A stretch of DNA of 64,000 nucleotides from Flavicella sp. (GTDB lineage Bacteria > Bacteroidota > Bacteroidia > Flavobacteriales > Flavobacteriaceae). The stretch covers positions 9,910 through 73,909 of the forward strand of contig NZ_JAQWGB010000106.1 of assembly GCF_029238425.1 (NCBI RefSeq), in the 5' to 3' direction. The notes under the pieces were generated by a model, which worked only from the letters and a program-made list of their open reading frames with translations, was not told where the DNA came from and searched no databases. The stretch's first letter is position 1. Every line of letters starts with the position of its first letter. The position numbers were made by a program, and so were the translations under genes. Of this stretch, positions 7,085 through 16,105 are shown piece after piece.

Positions 7085-9940
7085 TTATTTATTTAAGTAC
7101 ATTTTTCTTCTTGAGTATAACTCATGGAATGTATCATCTTTAAGATCATCAATAAATAAAATTGCTTCTCCAGTAGATTTCATTTCAGGTCCTAATTTCT
7201 TGTCAACATTAGGGAACTTATTGAAAGAGAATACTGGTTGCTTAATAGCATAACCTTCCAATTGAGGATTGAAGTTAAAGTCTGTAACTTTATTCACTCC
7301 TAACATCACTTTAGTAGCATAGTTTACATATGGTTCTCCATAAGCCTTCGCTATAAATGGTACCGTACGAGATGCTCTTGGATTTGCTTCAATAATATAA
7401 ACTGTATCGTCTTTTACAGCGAACTGAATATTCATCAATCCAACCGTTTTTAATGCTACGGCAATTTTCTTAGTATGCTCTTTTATTTGATCCATTACAA
7501 ACTCCCCTAGATTAAACGGAGGTAATGTAGCGTTTGAATCTCCAGAGTGCACTCCACAAGGCTCTATATGCTCCATAATCCCGATAATGTAAACATTACC
7601 ATCTGCATCACAAATTGCATCCGCTTCCGCTTCAATAGCGCCTTCTAAGTAATGGTCTAATAAAAGATTATTTCCAGGAATAGAACGTAATAAACTAACT
7701 ACATGCTCTTCTAGTTCTTCTTTGTTGATTACAATTTTCATTCCTTGACCTCCTAAAACATAAGAAGGACGAACCAAAATTGGGAAATCTAACTGATCAG
7801 CAATTTCTAAAGCCTCATCAGCATTTGTCGCCATTCCAAATTTAGGGAAAGGAATATCTAAAGAAGTTAACATCTCAGAGAAACGTCCTCTATCTTCTGC
7901 TAAATCCAATGCTTCAAAAGAAGTACCCATAATTTTAATACCATAAGCTTCTAGTTTTTCAGCTAATTTTAAGGCAGTCTGACCTCCTAATTGAACAATT
8001 ACACCTTCTGGCTTTTCATGACGAATGATGTCATAAATATGCTCCCAGAATACAGGCTCAAAGTATAGCTTATCAGCCGTATCAAAATCTGTAGAAACTG
8101 TTTCCGGATTACAGTTGATCATGATAGCTTCATAACCTGCTTCTTGAGCAGCTAAAACACCATGCACACAACAGTAATCGAACTCAATTCCTTGTCCAAT
8201 TCTATTCGGTCCAGATCCTAAAACAACAACTTTTTTCTTATCTGTAACAACAGATTCGTTTGCAGAGAATGTATTACCATCTGCAGTAGTCATCGTGCTT
8301 TCAAAAGTAGAATAGTAATAAGGTGTGTTTGCAGCAAATTCTGCAGCACAAGTATCTACCAATTTATAAACACGGTTCACATTTAACTCCTCACGCTTAT
8401 TATAAACTTCAGATTCTAGACATCCAAGCATGTGTGCTATTTGTCTGTCTCCGTATCCTTTTTGCTTAGCTTCTAACAACAAGTCTTTAGATAACGTATC
8501 TAATTTGAAAGATGAAATTTCTTTTTCTAAAGTAAATAATTCTTCATATTGCTTTAAATACCACATATCAATTTTAGTGATATCGTAAATTTTCTTTAAA
8601 GAAATACCTGCTTTAATAGCATCATAGATAGTAAATACTCTATCCCATGAGGCGTTTGTTAATTTAGAAATAATCGTATCGTAGTGAGTTTCTTCTTTAC
8701 CATCTGCTCCTAAACCGTTACGTTTGATCTCTAATGACTGAGTTGCTTTATGCAATGCTTCTTGGAAAGAACGTCCAATTCCCATCACTTCACCAACTGC
8801 TTTCATTTGCAATCCTAAAGTTCTATCACATCCTTCAAACTTATCAAAGTTAAAACGAGGAATTTTCACGATCACATAGTCCAATGTTGGCTCAAACAAG
8901 GCAGAAGTATTTCCTGTTACTTGATTATTCAATTCATCTAAATTATACCCTAAAGCTAATTTAGTAGCAATCTTAGCAATTGGATAACCCGTAGCCTTCG
9001 ATGCCAATGCAGACGAACGCGAAACACGAGGGTTAATTTCAATTGCAATAATATCTTCTTTTTCATCTGGAGAAACTGCAAACTGTACGTTACACCCTCC
9101 TTCGAAGTCTCCAATAGAACGCATCATATGGATTGCCATATCACGCATCTTTTGGAAAGTAGAATCACTTAATGTCATTGCCGGAGCAACTGTAATAGAA
9201 TCTCCAGTATGAATTCCCATTGGATCCATATTTTCAATAGAACATACAATAACTACGTTGTCATTACCATCACGTAACAACTCTAGTTCGTATTCTTTCC
9301 ATCCCATCATGGCTTTGTCAATCATCACCTCATGAATAGGAGAAATCTCCAAACCATTAGATAATAAATCGTCAAAATCTTTTTCATCATAAACAATTGC
9401 AGCACCAGCTCCACCTAAAGTAAAAGAAGATCTAATACATAAAGGGAAACCGAATTCTTGAGCAATTTCTTTTCCTTTTAAGAAAGAAGTTGCTGTTGCT
9501 TGAGGTGCCATATCAACACCAATTTTCCCCATCAACTCACGGAATTGTTCTCTATCTTCTGTAACATTGATTGCGTCGATATCAACACCAATCATTTTAA
9601 CATTATTATCTTCCCAGATTCCTTTTTCATCAGCCTCAATACATAAATTTAATGCTGTTTGACCTCCCATGGTAGGTAATACAGCATCAATATCAGGGTG
9701 AGCATCTAAAATCTCTCTAATTGACTGTGCAGTCAATGGCTTCAAATAAACATTATCCGCTAATGACGGATCTGTCATAATTGTCGCAGGGTTTGAGTTG
9801 ATCAATGTCACCTCAATACCTTCTTCTTTTAAAGATCGTATAGATTGAGAACCTGAATAATCAAATTCACACGCTTGCCCAATTACAATTGGACCAGAAC
9901 CTATAATTAAAACCGATTTGATGTTTGTGTTTTTTGGCAT
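7085..9940 (-). CDS. carB: Carbamoyl-phosphate synthase large subunit (short form)
   Basis: 951 aa. Two ATP-grasp halves, each opening with (L)IIGSGP..IGQ..EFDY(S/C), with an oligomerisation region between them. Confidence 0.97.
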   Translation of the reverse strand: MPKNTNIKSVLIIGSGPIVIGQACEFDYSGSQSIRSLKEEGIEVTLINSNPATIMTDPSLADNVYLKPLTAQSIREILDAHPDIDAVLPTMGGQTALNLCIEADEKGIWEDNNVKMIGVDIDAINVTEDREQFRELMGKIGVDMAPQATATSFLKGKEIAQEFGFPLCIRSSFTLGGAGAAIVYDEKDFDDLLSNGLEISPIHEVMIDKAMMGWKEYELELLRDGNDNVVIVCSIENMDPMGIHTGDSITVAPAMTLSDSTFQKMRDMAIHMMRSIGDFEGGCNVQFAVSPDEKEDIIAIEINPRVSRSSALASKATGYPIAKIATKLALGYNLDELNNQVTGNTSALFEPTLDYVIVKIPRFNFDKFEGCDRTLGLQMKAVGEVMGIGRSFQEALHKATQSLEIKRNGLGADGKEETHYDTIISKLTNASWDRVFTIYDAIKAGISLKKIYDITKIDMWYLKQYEELFTLEKEISSFKLDTLSKDLLLEAKQKGYGDRQIAHMLGCLESEVYNKREELNVNRVYKLVDTCAAEFAANTPYYYSTFESTMTTADGNTFSANESVVTDKKKVVVLGSGPNRIGQGIEFDYCCVHGVLAAQEAGYEAIMINCNPETVSTDFDTADKLYFEPVFWEHIYDIIRHEKPEGVIVQLGGQTALKLAEKLEAYGIKIMGTSFEALDLAEDRGRFSEMLTSLDIPFPKFGMATNADEALEIADQLDFPILVRPSYVLGGQGMKIVINKEELEEHVVSLLRSIPGNNLLLDHYLEGAIEAEADAICDADGNVYIIGIMEHIEPCGVHSGDSNATLPPFNLGEFVMDQIKEHTKKIAVALKTVGLMNIQFAVKDDTVYIIEANPRASRTVPFIAKAYGEPYVNYATKVMLGVNKVTDFNFNPQLEGYAIKQPVFSFNKFPNVDKKLGPEMKSTGEAILFIDDLKDDTFHELYSRRKMYLNK

Positions 9941-10009
9941 CCTATTAATTTTATAACGAAAAGGTAATCAGCACCTTTAATTATTAACTTACTTCTGATT
10001 CGTTTATTC

Positions 10010-10042
10010 AAAAAAAAGGTGTTACTAATAAATAGTAACACC
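10010..10042 (-). terminator. Rho-independent terminator of rpmH
   Basis: GGTGTTACTA-ATAAA-TAGTAACACC perfect 10-bp stem. On the minus strand it is followed by a T8 run. Confidence 0.75.
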
Positions 10043-10066
10043 TGTTTTATATGAATTAAATATTCA

Positions 10067-10228
10067 TTATTTCTTTGGTCTAGCGGCAGATGAAACAGAT
10101 AATCTTTTTCTTCCTTTAGCTCTTCTTCTAGCTAAAACTTTACGTCCATTAGCTGAAGCCATTCTTTCTCTAAAACCGTGTTTGTTTCTTCTTTTTCTCT
10201 TTGATGGTTGGAATGTTCTTTTCGGCAT
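10067..10228 (-). CDS. rpmH: 50S ribosomal protein L34
   Basis: Below the ORF-track length cut-off. My translation reads [53 protein letters not shown], the canonical L34 sequence. Confidence 0.95.
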   Translation of the reverse strand: MPKRTFQPSKRKRRNKHGFRERMASANGRKVLARRRAKGRKRLSVSSAARPKK

Positions 10229-10299
10229 TACTTATATTTTTAAAATCTTATTTTATTTATACTAGCTTCGGTACAAAAACCATCCACTAAAAGCGTTGG

Positions 10300-10329
10300 C
10301 AAATATACAAAACCTTTTACGTCTAGCAA
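10300..10329 (-). promoter_or_regulatory. Candidate Bacteroidota promoter for rpmH (TTG-N19-TATATTTG)
   Basis: On the minus strand: TTG (10329-10327), 19 nt, then TATATTTG (10307-10300), about 72 nt upstream of the rpmH ATG. Confidence 0.45.
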
Positions 10330-10613
10330 GGTGTTTTACAAAAAAAATAAAAATATTTTTAATCCCTAAATAAAGTCTGTTAAACTAAATAGCTAAACGT
10401 TTAATTTTAACAAACTTACTATAAAAAAGGCTTGTAAAGACTAAATTACAATCATAAAATTTGATACCATAATAAGTCGCATTGATAATCTTTCTCAAAA
10501 GTAAAATGTCATGTTGTCACGTTTCACTGTCTTGTCGTCATAAATTTCCTTTTGGTATTTTTTTTGACTGTGGTTTGTTATTCAAATTAAAATAATAATT
10601 AAAACATATAATT

Positions 10614-12527
10614 ATGGCTAAAGGAAACATTAATGTATCGGTAGAGAATATCTTTCCGTTGATTAAAAAATTCTTGTACTCTGATCACGAAATATTTTTA
10701 CGTGAATTGATTTCAAATGCAACAGATGCAACTTCTAAAATGAAACACCTTATAACTATGGGGGAAGCAGGAAACGAAGAATACGGTTCACCTGTTGTAG
10801 AAGTTATCGCTGATAAAGAAAACAAAACGCTTCGTATTATTGACCAAGGGATTGGTATGAACGAAGAAGAAGTTGAGAAATACATCAACCAGATTGCCTT
10901 TTCTGGTGCTGAGGAATTTATTGACAAATACAAAGATAAAGTAGAAGACTCTGGAATTATTGGTCACTTTGGTTTAGGTTTCTATTCTGCATTTATGGTA
11001 GCTGATAAAGTTGAAATCATTACCAAGTCTTATAAAGATCCTGCTGCTGTAAAATGGTCATGTGATGGATCTCCAAACTACGAGATTGAGCCAGTTGAAA
11101 AAGAAACTAGAGGTTCTGAAATTGTTTTACATATTGCAGAAGATTCTTTAGACTTCTTAGAAGATTCTAAAATTACGGAGCTTTTAAACAAATACAATCG
11201 TTTCAACCAAATTCCAATTAAATTTGGAACTAAGGAAATTAACGATCCTGAGTTTACACCACAGACCACGACTGATGCTGATGGAAAAGAAACTACGGAG
11301 CCACACAAACAAATCACAGTTGATAATATCATCAACAATACAAATCCAGCATGGACAAAAAAACCATCTGATTTAGAAGCTGACGATTACAATACTTTTT
11401 ATAGAGAATTATACCCTTCTCAATTCGAGGAGCCTTTGTTCAATATTCACTTAAATGTAGATTACCCATTCAACTTAACAGGAATTTTATACTTCCCTAA
11501 GTTGAGTCAAAGCATGGATATCCAAAAGGATAAAATTCAATTGTACCAAAACCAAGTATTTATTACTGACAACGTAGAAGGAATTGTTCCTGATTTCTTA
11601 CAGATGTTGAAAGGTGTAATTGACTCTCCAGACATTCCATTAAACGTATCTCGTTCTTATTTGCAAGCTGATGGTGCTGTTAAAAAGATTTCTGGTTATA
11701 TCACTAAAAAAATTGCTGATAAGCTTACTTCTTTATTCAAAAAAGACCGTGCGGATTTCGAGCAAAAATGGAATGATATCAAGGTTATTATTGAATACGG
11801 AATGTTATCTGACGATAAGTTTTATGACAAGGCTAAGAAATTCTCTTTATTTCCAACTGTAGACGATACGTTCTTTACTATTGAGGAACTTCAAGAAAAA
11901 ATTAAAGCAGCTCAAACAGATAAAGATGGAAATACAATTGTGTTGTATGCCGCCAACAAGGAAGCACAACATGGATATATCCAAGAAGCTAAGGAAAAAG
12001 GATACGAAGTATTACTTCTAGACTCTCCTATTGTTTCTCACTTGATTCAAAAAATTGAAGCTAGTAATGAAAAGCTTAAATTTACTCGTGTAGATTCTGA
12101 CCATATCGACAACCTTATCAAAAAGGATGAAGAAAAAATCAGCAAACTTTCTGACGAAGAAAAAGAAGCTTTGAAACCTATTATCGAAGCAAATGTTCCT
12201 AAAGAAAGCTATACGGTTCAACTAGAATCTTTAGATTCTAACGCTAACCCTTTCAGTATTACTGTACCTGAATTCATGAGAAGAATGAAAGAAATGAGTC
12301 AGACTGGTGGTGGCGGAATGTTCGGAATGCAAAATATGCCAGAAATGTACAATTTGGTTGTAAACACGAACAACGATTTAGTAAAAGAAATACTTGATAA
12401 TAAAGACGAAGGTATTCAGAAAGAATTGATTGGTCAGGCTTTTGATTTAGCAAAATTGTCTCAAAACCTATTGCATGGTGAGGAGTTGACAAACTTTATC
12501 AAGCGTAGTTACAAGATGATCAAGTAA
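10614..12527 (+). CDS. htpG: Molecular chaperone HtpG (Hsp90)
   Basis: 637 aa. The N-terminal GHKL ATPase motifs LYSDHEIFLRELISNATDA and GHFGLGFYSAFMVA are diagnostic of Hsp90. Confidence 0.97.
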   Translation: MAKGNINVSVENIFPLIKKFLYSDHEIFLRELISNATDATSKMKHLITMGEAGNEEYGSPVVEVIADKENKTLRIIDQGIGMNEEEVEKYINQIAFSGAEEFIDKYKDKVEDSGIIGHFGLGFYSAFMVADKVEIITKSYKDPAAVKWSCDGSPNYEIEPVEKETRGSEIVLHIAEDSLDFLEDSKITELLNKYNRFNQIPIKFGTKEINDPEFTPQTTTDADGKETTEPHKQITVDNIINNTNPAWTKKPSDLEADDYNTFYRELYPSQFEEPLFNIHLNVDYPFNLTGILYFPKLSQSMDIQKDKIQLYQNQVFITDNVEGIVPDFLQMLKGVIDSPDIPLNVSRSYLQADGAVKKISGYITKKIADKLTSLFKKDRADFEQKWNDIKVIIEYGMLSDDKFYDKAKKFSLFPTVDDTFFTIEELQEKIKAAQTDKDGNTIVLYAANKEAQHGYIQEAKEKGYEVLLLDSPIVSHLIQKIEASNEKLKFTRVDSDHIDNLIKKDEEKISKLSDEEKEALKPIIEANVPKESYTVQLESLDSNANPFSITVPEFMRRMKEMSQTGGGGMFGMQNMPEMYNLVVNTNNDLVKEILDNKDEGIQKELIGQAFDLAKLSQNLLHGEELTNFIKRSYKMIK

Positions 12528-12550
12528 TAGAAAAAGCTCTATATAATTAA

Positions 12551-12582
12551 AAATCGTCGTTATATATAACGGCGATTTTTTT
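12551..12582 (+). terminator. Rho-independent terminator of htpG
   Basis: AATCGTCGTT / AACGGCGATT stem (one G-U pair) followed by a T7 run. Confidence 0.7.
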
Positions 12583-12611
12583 GTTTCAAATAGAACTGTA
12601 AAATGATAACT

Positions 12612-12647
12612 AAAAAAAAGCAACTTCAAAATGAAGTTGCTTTTTTT
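12612..12647. terminator. Bidirectional terminator (serves the ferritin gene on the minus strand)
   Basis: GCAACTTCA / TGAAGTTGC stem flanked by an A8 run and a T7 run. Confidence 0.7.
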
Positions 12648-12670
12648 ATTTTTTAAAAGTATTTCGTGTT

Positions 12671-13183
12671 TTAAACTCCAGCAATACGTTTGTCAATTGC
12701 ATACAAGTTCTCAACATCTTCACCGTGTAAATCGTATATTTTAACGGCATGACGCATTTTTTGTTCTTCCTCTTGTTGCTCATTCACAAACCATTGTAAG
12801 AACAACTCTGAAGCCACATCTTTTTCTTTTCTACAAGTCAAAAATATATTTTGAATCGATTTACTTACTTTAATTTCTTCTTGTAATGCAGTTTTGTACA
12901 AATCTAAAATCGACTCATAGTCATGACTGACTCCTTCAACTGTAGGAGAATATGCCATTCCTCCATTGTCATTTATATATTTGAAAATTTTCAACATGTG
13001 CTCTCTCTCCTCGCTAGACTGAGCATAGAAGAATTTAGCACTATGATCGTAACCATGTTGATCGCACCAAGATGCCATCGCCAAATAAGTTGCAGAAGCC
13101 TTTGCTTCCATTTTTATTTGATCATTTAATAAATCAATTACTTTAATATTTATAGAAAGATTTTCTCGAATTAGATTTTCCAT
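12671..13183 (-). CDS. ftnA: Non-heme ferritin
   Basis: 170 aa from the ATG at 13183 (MENLIRENLS...). Ferroxidase-centre context EAKASATYLAMASW, SSEEREHMLKIF and LQWFVNEQQEEE. The upstream 29-codon extension in the ORF track is rejected because a -7 box lies inside it. Confidence 0.9.
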   Translation of the reverse strand: MENLIRENLSINIKVIDLLNDQIKMEAKASATYLAMASWCDQHGYDHSAKFFYAQSSEEREHMLKIFKYINDNGGMAYSPTVEGVSHDYESILDLYKTALQEEIKVSKSIQNIFLTCRKEKDVASELFLQWFVNEQQEEEQKMRHAVKIYDLHGEDVENLYAIDKRIAGV

Positions 13184-13206
13184 GTTCAAAATTTTTAAGT
13201 TACTCT

Positions 13207-13214
13207 CAAATTTA
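13207..13214 (-). promoter_or_regulatory. Candidate -7 box (TAAATTTG on the minus strand) for the ferritin gene
   Basis: Plus-strand CAAATTTA, 24 nt upstream of the ATG at 13183. Confidence 0.35.
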
Positions 13215-13282
13215 TAAAATTCTAAAGATGATTGAAAGCACAATCCATAGTTTGGATTGATTTTAAACAAAACGTATAAAGT

Positions 13283-13549
13283 CTAGTAAACCAATTCTTT
13301 TTTCGGAGAAAAAATAGAATCCATGATTTTTTTTAACTCCAAAACATCTAATGTATCCAGCAATAAAATTTCTTTTAGATTGCAAACAGAAATTAGCTCT
13401 ACTCCGCTATGTCCCTCATAAAAATGAGATTCTATATTTATAGCATTTATAGTATTTCTTAAAGCCAATAAATTACAAAAAGTCAAGGTTACTTGCTTAT
13501 GGTAAAATTTAAGTAAATATTTGTTCGATGTTGTTGTTAATGTAATCAC
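13283..13549 (-). CDS. Hypothetical protein (GTG start; weak call)
   Basis: 88-aa ORF with no recognisable motif and a GTG start. Kept only because nothing else occupies the 13184-13773 gap. Confidence 0.25.
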   Translation of the reverse strand: MITLTTTSNKYLLKFYHKQVTLTFCNLLALRNTINAINIESHFYEGHSGVELISVCNLKEILLLDTLDVLELKKIMDSIFSPKKELVY

Positions 13550-13735
13550 GATGCGAAAATACTTTTATTTAGATTTAATACAAATAAAAAAGAAGGTTTT
13601 TTTATAGATTTCTCAGAGAAAATTTTAAGAAGGAGAATAAAACAATTGATACTTATCAATATACTGTCATATTTTTCGATCTATAAATTATAATTGTTTC
13701 ATCTGTTCTAACATGCTTTTTTAAAAGCTTCATAG

Positions 13736-13743
13736 TATATTTG
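13736..13743 (+). promoter_or_regulatory. Candidate -7 box TATATTTG
   Basis: Exact TAnnTTTG 31 nt upstream of the ATG at 13774. It overlaps the TTG at 13741 used by the ORF track, which argues for the 13774 start. Confidence 0.35.
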
Positions 13744-13773
13744 CCTTTTGAAAATCATCTAAAAATATTTTTC

Positions 13774-14400
13774 ATGTCAGTACTACCCATGCCTTTTAAA
13801 AAGCTACATGCTACAATCAAAGAATTATTAGAAAACTTAGAGATTTCTGAACCAACTACATTCCAGACTAAAAGTATTCCAGTTATTAAAAGTGGTGCGA
13901 ATGTATTTTGCACGGGACCTGCTGAATTAGGAAAAACTACGACACTAATTCTAACTACCATGCATAAATTGAAATGCGAAGCGGTAGGCACGGCACCTAG
14001 AGCCATCATTCTGGTGGAAAACAGAGAAAAAGCGTTGGCAATTTATGATACTTTGACAGCGTATACTCGTTACAATAGTTTGCGTGTTTATTTGGCTGAT
14101 GAGAAGATTCATATAGATTTACTAAAATCAGAAATATTTGAAGGCGTCGATATTCTTATTGCAACCCCACAATCTTTAAATAAATTGCTATTATCCAACG
14201 GAGTAAGTACTTCTTCTTTGATGTTGTTTAGTATTGATGATGCTGATTTTCTTTCACAAAGAGCTGCTTTTTCTACTTTATTGTCCATAACACCAAGTAT
14301 TACAAAATGCCAATTTGTATTATACGCTCAAAAAATGACACCAAAACTTCAGTCGTTAGATTCCTATTTTATGGAATATGCAAAGATTGTTTCGGTTTAA
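13774..14400 (+). CDS. Stand-alone degenerate DEAD-box RecA1-like domain protein
   Basis: 208 aa. The Q-motif region is kept (TTFQTKSIP). Other motifs are altered: I GPAELGKT (vs AxTGSGKT), Ia ENREKA (vs PTRELA), Ib TPQS (vs TPGR), II DDAD (vs DEAD), III YAQ (vs SAT). No RecA2 domain follows. Confidence 0.7.
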   Translation: MSVLPMPFKKLHATIKELLENLEISEPTTFQTKSIPVIKSGANVFCTGPAELGKTTTLILTTMHKLKCEAVGTAPRAIILVENREKALAIYDTLTAYTRYNSLRVYLADEKIHIDLLKSEIFEGVDILIATPQSLNKLLLSNGVSTSSLMLFSIDDADFLSQRAAFSTLLSITPSITKCQFVLYAQKMTPKLQSLDSYFMEYAKIVSV

Positions 14401-14442
14401 ATACAACTAAAAAGTCCCATCTAAAAAATGGGACTTTATATA

Positions 14443-15897
14443 TTAAAACATTCCAGGGATTCCTCTCAATTGTCCCACGAGTGCTAAAGAGATCACACAC
14501 ACTAAGAACATGACACCAGGAATAATTAATTTTTCCTTCATCGATAAATTCTTAGCCCGCTCCTTATCTCCTATCAACCCTAAATTATCTAACAGCATAG
14601 TCAAAGCCCAACCAAAAACTGGATTTACAAAGGCACAAGCAAAAATACAAGTACCTGCACTTAAGGAACTTTTTTGTGTTTTAATCATTTGCATTCCCGC
14701 TTCGAGTAGTGGCAAGAATACTCCTACGATAAGTGCAATTCTCAGGACAGGTTCCCACATAGCCAAATCCATAGGGTATCCTAAAATGGCAAATGCAATA
14801 CATAAGATAGCCGTTAAAACAGCTCCTCCAGGAATCGGTCGTTTCGCAATTGCTGCTGGAATCATATAAGTTCCCCATGAGGAAGCGATATTTCCTCCTC
14901 CTAAAATAGAACCAATTATTTGACGGATGGAAGCAACTGTCATCGTATCATCAACATCCATTAATACTTTTTTTGCTTTTTTAGGGTAGTTTATTTCCTG
15001 AAACACTCGGTGACCTAAAAAATCCGGAGACCACATTGCAACCGCTAAAATTGCAAAAGGAACTACCGCTATATAATGCTCAAAGTTAGGCCACCCCAGT
15101 TTCCAACCGGTAGTTTCTCCCCACCAATAAAATGGACTAAAATGTGGAAGTCCAGGTTTGGTAGTAAAAGCAAAATCGGCTCCCATTAAAAAAGCAATCA
15201 ATCCTGCCAATGCAGAACATAATGGAATTGCCAACCACCTTTTGTTTACTCGAGCCAAATAGGCGTATATAAAAATTGTGACACCAATAATCACAAAGGA
15301 AAGTGCAATAATTTCAGTATCTGCAGACCAAAGTTCTAACTTTTTTATTTGACTGATCAGTCCAACGGCACCAAGATATATGAGCAAGCCTCCACGTACT
15401 CCCACACTTGTTAGGTTCATTAATTTGGACCCTCCTTTGGTTATACTTAATAATATTCCAAACACACCAATCAAAATCCCTAAGGCTAAAGGATGTCCTC
15501 CTGCAAGTGCAATGATTGGAATAAGAGGAATCATAGGGCCATGTGTTCCTGCAAGATTTGCTGTAGGGTTTAATATAGCCGAAAACAAAATAACAAATAT
15601 CCCTCCAGCGATTAATAATTCGTATCTGACATTTTCTGCAATAAATTCAGGAGTTAAGCCAAACTGGATAGCAAATGCAGCAACCATGGCTGTCACCATT
15701 ACCACCTTTCCAATAGTCGCTGCAAGTGCGGGTACCAAATCTTCAATTTCTATATGAAAATCACGAAATGGCAAGTGAACCTTCCATCTCTTAAAGTTCA
15801 TGATTTCTAATTCATGCTCTAAATACTCTTGACGTGTTTTAAATTCTTTTGATTTCTTGCGCTGTTTCTTATAGCTATTCTCTGATTTCATTTTCAT
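14443..15897 (-). CDS. Polytopic integral membrane protein, putative permease of unassigned family
   Basis: 484 aa. Basic N-terminal tail (KKQRKKSKEFKTRQ) followed by about 11-12 hydrophobic segments rich in G/A/P. The family was not recognised by eye. Confidence 0.6.
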   Translation of the reverse strand: MKMKSENSYKKQRKKSKEFKTRQEYLEHELEIMNFKRWKVHLPFRDFHIEIEDLVPALAATIGKVVMVTAMVAAFAIQFGLTPEFIAENVRYELLIAGGIFVILFSAILNPTANLAGTHGPMIPLIPIIALAGGHPLALGILIGVFGILLSITKGGSKLMNLTSVGVRGGLLIYLGAVGLISQIKKLELWSADTEIIALSFVIIGVTIFIYAYLARVNKRWLAIPLCSALAGLIAFLMGADFAFTTKPGLPHFSPFYWWGETTGWKLGWPNFEHYIAVVPFAILAVAMWSPDFLGHRVFQEINYPKKAKKVLMDVDDTMTVASIRQIIGSILGGGNIASSWGTYMIPAAIAKRPIPGGAVLTAILCIAFAILGYPMDLAMWEPVLRIALIVGVFLPLLEAGMQMIKTQKSSLSAGTCIFACAFVNPVFGWALTMLLDNLGLIGDKERAKNLSMKEKLIIPGVMFLVCVISLALVGQLRGIPGMF

Positions 15898-15957
15898 AAA
15901 TTATGATATTGGCTTATGCTTATTTTAAGCTATTTGTTTAGGGCCTAAATATAAATT

Positions 15958-15990
15958 CTAAAAAACACTTGATTTATGATAAAAATCAAG
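15958..15990 (-). terminator. Rho-independent terminator at the end of the ebo operon
   Basis: CTTGATTT / AAATCAAG 8-bp stem. On the minus strand it is followed by GTGTTTTTT. Confidence 0.55.
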
Positions 15991-16105
15991 CCTCTTTAAA
16001 AATGAAAATTGTTGCAATTCAATATAATTAAAAATAGAAGCGTTTAACTTCAAAATAAGATACAAAGAAAAGTATAGCTTTTAATACTAAAATCGGATGG
16101 TAATT

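Noticed and set aside
13184-13270. N-terminal 29-codon extension of the ferritin ORF
   Set aside because: Ferritin homology starts at MENLIRE (ATG 13183). A TAnnTTTG-type -7 box (13207-13214) lies inside the extension.
14510-15757. + strand ORFs 14510..14869 and 15380..15757 (119 and 125 aa)
   Set aside because: Both are antisense to the 484-aa membrane protein gene. Their proline- and isoleucine-rich translations are typical of reverse-frame artefacts in hydrophobic genes.
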